Source: Candidatus Poribacteria bacterium
Lineage (GTDB): Bacteria; Poribacteria; WGA-4E; JAJDTR01
DNA length: 64,000 nt
Assembly (NCBI GenBank): GCA_965208765.1
Contig: OZ242354.1
Coordinates: 2,921,281-2,985,280, forward strand
Direction: 5' to 3'
Shown piece by piece: positions 59,025 to 64,000 of this stretch. The position numbers and the translations under genes were made by a program. Under the pieces are notes generated by a model. It was not told the origin of the DNA. It was given only the letters and a program-made list of their open reading frames with translations, and did no database searches. Numbering within the stretch: the stretch's first letter is position 1; the number at the start of each line of letters is the position of its first letter.

Positions 59025-60004
59025 GGAGTGTCAACCGCGATTGGCGCCGCGATCCGATGTCAACCGATCGTCGCACGCATATAAAAAATACCGAACCAAG
59101 ACATGCCAGCGGGGTGTTGAAATAACGGTAATGCGCCTCAACCTATACTACTATTGAAACCATTTCTCGTCATCGGCGTTATTTATGCACAAAAAAGCCT
59201 TGACGAATCATCAACGGTTAATGTATAATTGGCATTCAGAAATTCCCACCCGCAATTATCCGCAGTGAGGAGCACTTCGTCAAACGGATCGTAAACCCCC
59301 TAGATTTGGTATACGGATAGATCGTGATGATTTGAAGTCGGGCTGTGAATATTTTACCCTCCGCTGCCTCAACCCAACAAACGGGTTAGACGGAGTCTTT
59401 GGACGTAGACTGTGTGGGTAGTGTGTATTTGATACGAGCACACTCAAACATATCCTAAAAGAGCCGAGAACCCCCGCCTTGAAGTGAAGGAGTCGTTATC
59501 CCCCTTCAATTTCTGATGTGAGATCTCGTCTATGTTTTAATTTGTCTGGTGATGCATGAAGCCAGCATCCAACCAACCCCCCAATCCCAAGGTACTTCAG
59601 GGAATGCGACTTTTCTTATGTCAAATTCGATCAAGTGAGGCCTTCTGCCGAGGACAAATAGCCAAGTAATTTATCAAATCCATTGAAGCATATCAAGAGA
59701 TATCTTTACTCAGGTTGAAAATCTAATTGTTTCGCTGGGTAACGAGCAACTTGCCCTCGGCGTAAAAGCCACCTACACAATGAGGTTAAACTTTCCAAGG
59801 AACCCCTCCATTTCTCAACCGAAGGCACCCCTAAGTGAACTATTGATTCTACCTCCAATTCGGTGAGCTTCCCTTGAGCCTGTGTATTGTCGTAACAAAC
59901 AATTCATAGATTGAATTCAGAACGGTGTTTAGCTCAATTGCTGACCCCAATATTCACTGAGTTATCTATGAGAGTCTGGTGATAAACGAGGAGTAACAAA
60001 GATT

Positions 60005-61324
60005 ATGGAGAATTTGGACATCGGTAAACTCCAAGAAATGAGAATTTCCGAACTGAACGCTATGGCCCGAAAACTCGGGATCACAGGCTACAGCGGACTT
60101 CGCAAACAGGAGTTGATTACCCGAATTCTTGAAGCCAAAGCAGAGAACACCAATGCGTTGTCCGGATCGGGTGTACTTGAAATTTTACATGACCGGGATC
60201 AGGGATACGGTTTCCTTCGATCGTCGCGTTACAATTACCTGCAAAGCAGTGATGACATCTATGTATCACCGTCACAGATTCGTCGGTTCGATCTCCGCAC
60301 CGGACATGAAGTCGCAGGAAAGATTCGTCCGCCCAAGAAGAGCGAGAACAAGGAGGAGCGCTACTTTGCTCTGCTGCAGATTGAAACCGTCAACAGAGAG
60401 AATCCCGAGATAGCCAAGGAGAGGATTCTCTTTGACAATCTCACTCCGGTTTATCCCGATGAACGGTTGCAGTTAGAGCACGACCCCTTCGAGTTTTCCA
60501 CGCGCATTGTCGATTTAATGTCGCCCATAGGCAAGGGGCAGCGTGGATTGATTGTCGCGCCACCTTACAGTGGCAAGACAACCATCCTAAAAAATATCGC
60601 ACGAGGAATCGAGGCGAATCATCCGGAAGTCAAGCTGATTTTTCTCTTGATTGATGAGCGTCCGGAAGAGGTGACCGATGTCGCCAGATCTGTCAGGGGA
60701 GAGGTAATCAGCTCGACGTTTGACGAGCATCCGGAACGACATATACAAGTCGCCGATATGGTCATTGAGAAGGCGCGAAGGTGGGTTGAGTACGGCAAAG
60801 ACGTAGTCATACTGTTAGATAGCATGACGCGGTTGGCGCGGGCGCACAATGTTATGGCGCCGCACAGCGGCAAGACATTGTCGGGCGGTTTGGATGCGCT
60901 AGCGTTCGTCAAACCACGGCGTTTCTGCGGCGCCGCGCGGAAAATAGAAGAAGGCGGCAGTTTGACGATTTTGGCAACTGTGCTGATTGACACGGAAAGC
61001 CGCGCCGATGAACATATTTACGAGGAGTTCAAAGGCACCGCCAACATGGAAATCCATCTTGAACGCTCGCTGCTCGACCGACGCATCTTCCCTTCCATCA
61101 ATATCGAGAAATCGAAAACGAGGCGCGAAGAACTGCTGCTCAAACCGGAAGCGCTCAGTAAGGTGTGGGTGCTGCGAAAATTTATGGGCCAGATGAACAC
61201 CGCCGAGTCAATGGAACTTTTGGTTGAACAACTCGGCAAAACTGCCACAAACGAAGAATTCATTGAAATGATGGTAAACAACAACAGGAGCAAAAATGGA
61301 TCGTCGCGTGCCGCGCGATACTAA
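60005..61324 (+). CDS. rho: Transcription termination factor Rho
   Basis: N-terminal RNA-binding OB domain, Walker A (PPYSGKTT), Q-loop and R-loop. 439 aa, with a long 5' leader of about 840 nt. Confidence 0.9.
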   Translation: MENLDIGKLQEMRISELNAMARKLGITGYSGLRKQELITRILEAKAENTNALSGSGVLEILHDRDQGYGFLRSSRYNYLQSSDDIYVSPSQIRRFDLRTGHEVAGKIRPPKKSENKEERYFALLQIETVNRENPEIAKERILFDNLTPVYPDERLQLEHDPFEFSTRIVDLMSPIGKGQRGLIVAPPYSGKTTILKNIARGIEANHPEVKLIFLLIDERPEEVTDVARSVRGEVISSTFDEHPERHIQVADMVIEKARRWVEYGKDVVILLDSMTRLARAHNVMAPHSGKTLSGGLDALAFVKPRRFCGAARKIEEGGSLTILATVLIDTESRADEHIYEEFKGTANMEIHLERSLLDRRIFPSINIEKSKTRREELLLKPEALSKVWVLRKFMGQMNTAESMELLVEQLGKTATNEEFIEMMVNNNRSKNGSSRAARY

Positions 61325-61382
61325 TACTATATCGAAATTACCGATTTTTACACTTTGACGTTTCAGACGTGGAGGACATATC

Positions 61383-61595
61383 ATGAAACCAGAGATCCAT
61401 CCGGAAAACATGGATTGTGTGATTACGTGTGCATGCGGTACAACGTATAAGACAATTTCCACAAAACCTAAAATGGGAATTGACGTTTGCGCTAAGTGCC
61501 ACCCGTTTTACACCGGGCAGCAGAGCCGGGTCATTGATACTGCGGGACGTGTAGAGAGTTTCCGACGCCGCTACGGTATCACAGCGGAAGAGTAA
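61383..61595 (+). CDS. rpmE: 50S ribosomal protein L31
   Basis: MKPEIHPE...CACGTTY..DVCAKCHPFYTG is the zinc-ribbon form of L31. Confidence 0.9.
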   Translation: MKPEIHPENMDCVITCACGTTYKTISTKPKMGIDVCAKCHPFYTGQQSRVIDTAGRVESFRRRYGITAEE

Positions 61596-61714
61596 GTGGC
61601 CGCAGGGCTAAGACCAGGTTTGCCAAGCCGCCAACGGAGCGCGCAGATATTCGATTGGTCAATCGAACGTGGAACGACGTATAGGGTGTCGAAGAGCCGA
61701 GGCACGAGTTAAAG

Positions 61715-62785
61715 ATGTTTGACAAGTTGAAAGACATTGAAGCCAAATACGTTGAGGTCGAGAAATCATTGTCCGACCCAACACAGATATCCAACCCGCA
61801 AAGGCTGCAAAGCCTCGCAAAGACGCATTCGGAACTAGCCCCAATCGTTTCGACATTCAAAGAATACCAAAAAGTGCAGGCGGAGGCGAATGAGGTCCTA
61901 TCTCTGCTTGAAGAGGAGACGGAGGAAGACCTTGTCGAATTGGCTAAGGGAGAGTTTGAATTACTGACGAAGCAACAGGAGCAGTTGGAACAGCAACTCC
62001 AGTTGCTTATGCTTCCGAAAGACGCGAACGACGAAAAGAATGTCATCACCGAGATCCGCGCAGGCACTGGAGGAGAGGAGGCGAGTCTGTTTGCGGCAGA
62101 ACTCTTCCGTATGTATTCAAGGTTCGCCGAGCGTCAGGGATGGAAAATTGAAATCCTCAGCGCAAACGAAACAGGGCTCAAGGGATTCAAGGAGGTCATT
62201 TTCTCTCTACAAGGCGACCGTGCCTATAGCAAGTTAAAATTCGAAGGCGGGATTCACCGGGTGCAGCGAGTTCCCGCGACGGAAGGCAGCGGCAGGATTC
62301 ACACGTCCGCGGTCAGTGTTGCCGTACTGCCCGAGGCTGAAGAGGTAGATCTCGTCATTGAGCCTTCAGATATCCGCATTGACCTGTACCGTTCCTCTGG
62401 GCCTGGCGGTCAAAGCGTGAACACGACCGACTCGGCTGTTCGGATTACCCATTTGCCGACAGATCTCGTCGTCACCTGCCAAGATGAAAAATCGCAGCAC
62501 AAGAACCGGGCTAAAGCGATGAAGATATTACGTTCCCGTCTCTTGGAGCAGATGCAGCTCGAGCAAGACGCCGAACGATCCCAAACCCGCCGAACTATGG
62601 TCGGCAGCGGTGATCGAAGCGAGAAGATTCGCACCTACAATTTTCCCCAAACCCGTGTCACGGATCATCGCATCGGACTCACTATTCATCAACTCGACGC
62701 CGTTCTAGATGGAGAACTCGACCCCCTCATCGGCGCTTTGACGACCGCCGACCAGACGGAAAAGTTAAAGACACTCCAGCCGTGA
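61715..62785 (+). CDS. prfA: Peptide chain release factor 1
   Basis: The RF1-specific PAT tripeptide (VPATEGSG) and the GGQ motif ([23 protein letters not shown]). Confidence 0.9.
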   Translation: MFDKLKDIEAKYVEVEKSLSDPTQISNPQRLQSLAKTHSELAPIVSTFKEYQKVQAEANEVLSLLEEETEEDLVELAKGEFELLTKQQEQLEQQLQLLMLPKDANDEKNVITEIRAGTGGEEASLFAAELFRMYSRFAERQGWKIEILSANETGLKGFKEVIFSLQGDRAYSKLKFEGGIHRVQRVPATEGSGRIHTSAVSVAVLPEAEEVDLVIEPSDIRIDLYRSSGPGGQSVNTTDSAVRITHLPTDLVVTCQDEKSQHKNRAKAMKILRSRLLEQMQLEQDAERSQTRRTMVGSGDRSEKIRTYNFPQTRVTDHRIGLTIHQLDAVLDGELDPLIGALTTADQTEKLKTLQP

Positions 62786-63642
62786 AAACCTGGTGCGTTC
62801 TCGACCTCATCCAGTGGACAACCGAATACTTTAAACGTTACGACATCCCCAGCCCCCGCTTAGATGCCGAGTTGCTGCTCAGCCATGTCCTAGGAACCAG
62901 CCGATTGCAACTCTATCTGCGGTTCGAGATGCCGGTTTTTCCCGAACACCTTTCGGCATTCCGAGAGCTCATCAAGAAACGAGCGGCTCATGCCCCCGTT
63001 AGTTACCTCACAAGCCGTAAAGAGTTCTTCTCTCTTGAGTTCTACGTAGATTCCCGCGTATTAATCCCTCGTCCCGAGACGGAGGTGTTGGTCGAACATG
63101 TGCTTAAAGCCCAAGGAGCGCCGTGTCAGCTACTGGACATCGGCACGGGCAGCGGCGCCATCGCGATTAGCCTCGCGGTTAACCGACCGGAGTGGGAGAT
63201 CTTAGCTACGGATATATCGGCGGAAGCACTTGAAGTCGCGCAGAAAAACGCCGTCGCCCATAAATGCGCCGATCGGCTGACCTTCCTGCAAGGGAATCTG
63301 TTTGAACCTCTGGAGACGCTGCCGGATTCTCGATTTGATTGGATAGTCTCCAACCCACCCTACGTGAGCACAAAAGAATACCCTTCCCTGCCGCCCAATG
63401 TGCGCGACCACGAACCTGAAATCGCACTGCTTGCGGGGGTTGACGGGCATGAAGTTATTGTCGGGATCTTGAATGGTGCACTTCGATTCCTCAAACCGGG
63501 CGGACGAGTCGCGCTCGAAATCGGCCACAATCATAGCCACGAGGTCCAGGACCTAGTTCAATCAAATTCGGCATATAGCGAATGTCAAGTGATTAAAGAT
63601 TATTCCAGTGTCGAACGCGTGGTTATTGCCACTGCAGGGTGA
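62782..63642 (+). CDS. prmC: Release factor glutamine N5-methyltransferase PrmC/HemK
   Basis: NPPY (VSNPPYVS), a SAM-binding motif [12 protein letters not shown], and a 4-nt overlap with prfA. Confidence 0.85.
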   Translation: MKTWCVLDLIQWTTEYFKRYDIPSPRLDAELLLSHVLGTSRLQLYLRFEMPVFPEHLSAFRELIKKRAAHAPVSYLTSRKEFFSLEFYVDSRVLIPRPETEVLVEHVLKAQGAPCQLLDIGTGSGAIAISLAVNRPEWEILATDISAEALEVAQKNAVAHKCADRLTFLQGNLFEPLETLPDSRFDWIVSNPPYVSTKEYPSLPPNVRDHEPEIALLAGVDGHEVIVGILNGALRFLKPGGRVALEIGHNHSHEVQDLVQSNSAYSECQVIKDYSSVERVVIATAG

Positions 63643-63877
63643 ACTCGCGAATTGTAGTCATCCACATTTAACACGCCTGTTGTCGATTTGATAATTGACG
63701 ATTGTTACGATTGACGTGCTGTGGGAGTGCACTCCCGGTTGGGACCTCGTGTCACGAGTACGTTTCGCTCCGACAGAACAAGCGCAACAAATTGCGCTAC
63801 TACAAACAAGATAATCCCACGTGTGAAATTCCCGACTGCCACCACGATAAAACCGCCATAGTGAGTGGGTATAGACC

Positions 63878-64000
63878 ATGAAGAGAGTGTTGATAAGCGC
63901 GTGCTTGTTGGGTGAGAAGTGCCGGCACAACGGACGCGACAGCAAGAGCGACGAGGTGATGGAGAGGTTGGGAGGGGATGAACTCGTTCCGGTCTGTCCC
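63878..64000 (+). CDS. DUF523-family protein, 5' partial that continues beyond the window
   Basis: MKRVLISACLLGEKCRHNGRD matches the DUF523 N-terminal signature. Confidence 0.45.
   Translation, partial: MKRVLISACLLGEKCRHNGRDSKSDEVMERLGGDELVPVCP

Noticed and set aside
59160-60004. A structured-RNA or ncRNA gene in the 840-nt gap upstream of rho
   Set aside because: Long rho 5' leaders involved in autoregulation are normal. I saw no conserved ncRNA signature, so it is left unannotated.
1-64000. CRISPR array
   Set aside because: The abundant repeats are irregularly spaced and in both orientations. They are separated by genes rather than by uniform spacers of about 30-40 bp. No cas genes are present.
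1-64000. tRNA or rRNA genes, including a tRNA as integration target of the recombinase at 19638
   Set aside because: No cloverleaf-compatible segment with a GTTCGAATCC-type T-arm was seen by eye near 17700-18470 or 20540-22150. No rRNA-like conserved blocks were seen. This cannot be excluded without tRNAscan or Infernal.

Overview
This is a bacterial chromosomal window with about 52% GC. Most of it is housekeeping and accessory genes, with one clear defense island and several small mobile or foreign elements. I found no rRNA, tRNA or CRISPR array by eye.

Housekeeping and metabolic genes include rsmE, a MtaB-like methylthiotransferase, purN, thiI, queE, hisS, aspS, rho, rpmE, prfA and prmC. 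Other genes are a TolC-MFP-RND efflux operon, two tandem M16 peptidases, an NtrY-like sensor kinase, a PP2C phosphatase, a DAACS transporter and a large spermidine-synthase/TPR membrane fusion protein.

Mobile and foreign elements:
- a REP-associated tyrosine transposase (RAYT) flanked by inverted REP hairpins (1..1050);
- a single-ORF IS66-family element that truncates a dockerin-repeat gene (about 5940..7400);
- an orphan DNA methyltransferase interrupted by an in-frame TGA (7600..8469);
- a HigB/HigA-like killer/antidote pair (8918..9567);
- a GC-rich two-gene island (unknown 339-aa protein plus tyrosine recombinase) driven by a perfect consensus sigma70 promoter (18471..20537).

The defense island (46065..55805) contains an HTH-ImmA/IrrE peptidase with a DUF4411 partner, a Type III mod gene, an unknown 360-aa ORF, a hicB remnant, hicA-hicB translationally coupled to a putative PD-(D/E)xK nuclease, and a Type III res gene broken by two homopolymer frameshifts.

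The intergenic space is dominated by a dense family of REP-like hairpins (GTAGGGTGGGCA/CTGCCCACC) that often act as terminators. Many of these hairpins carry an ~85-bp MITE-like insert with CGATAG subrepeats in the loop; I count at least 15 copies in 64 kb. All homology calls rest on motif recognition by eye; no database searches were run.
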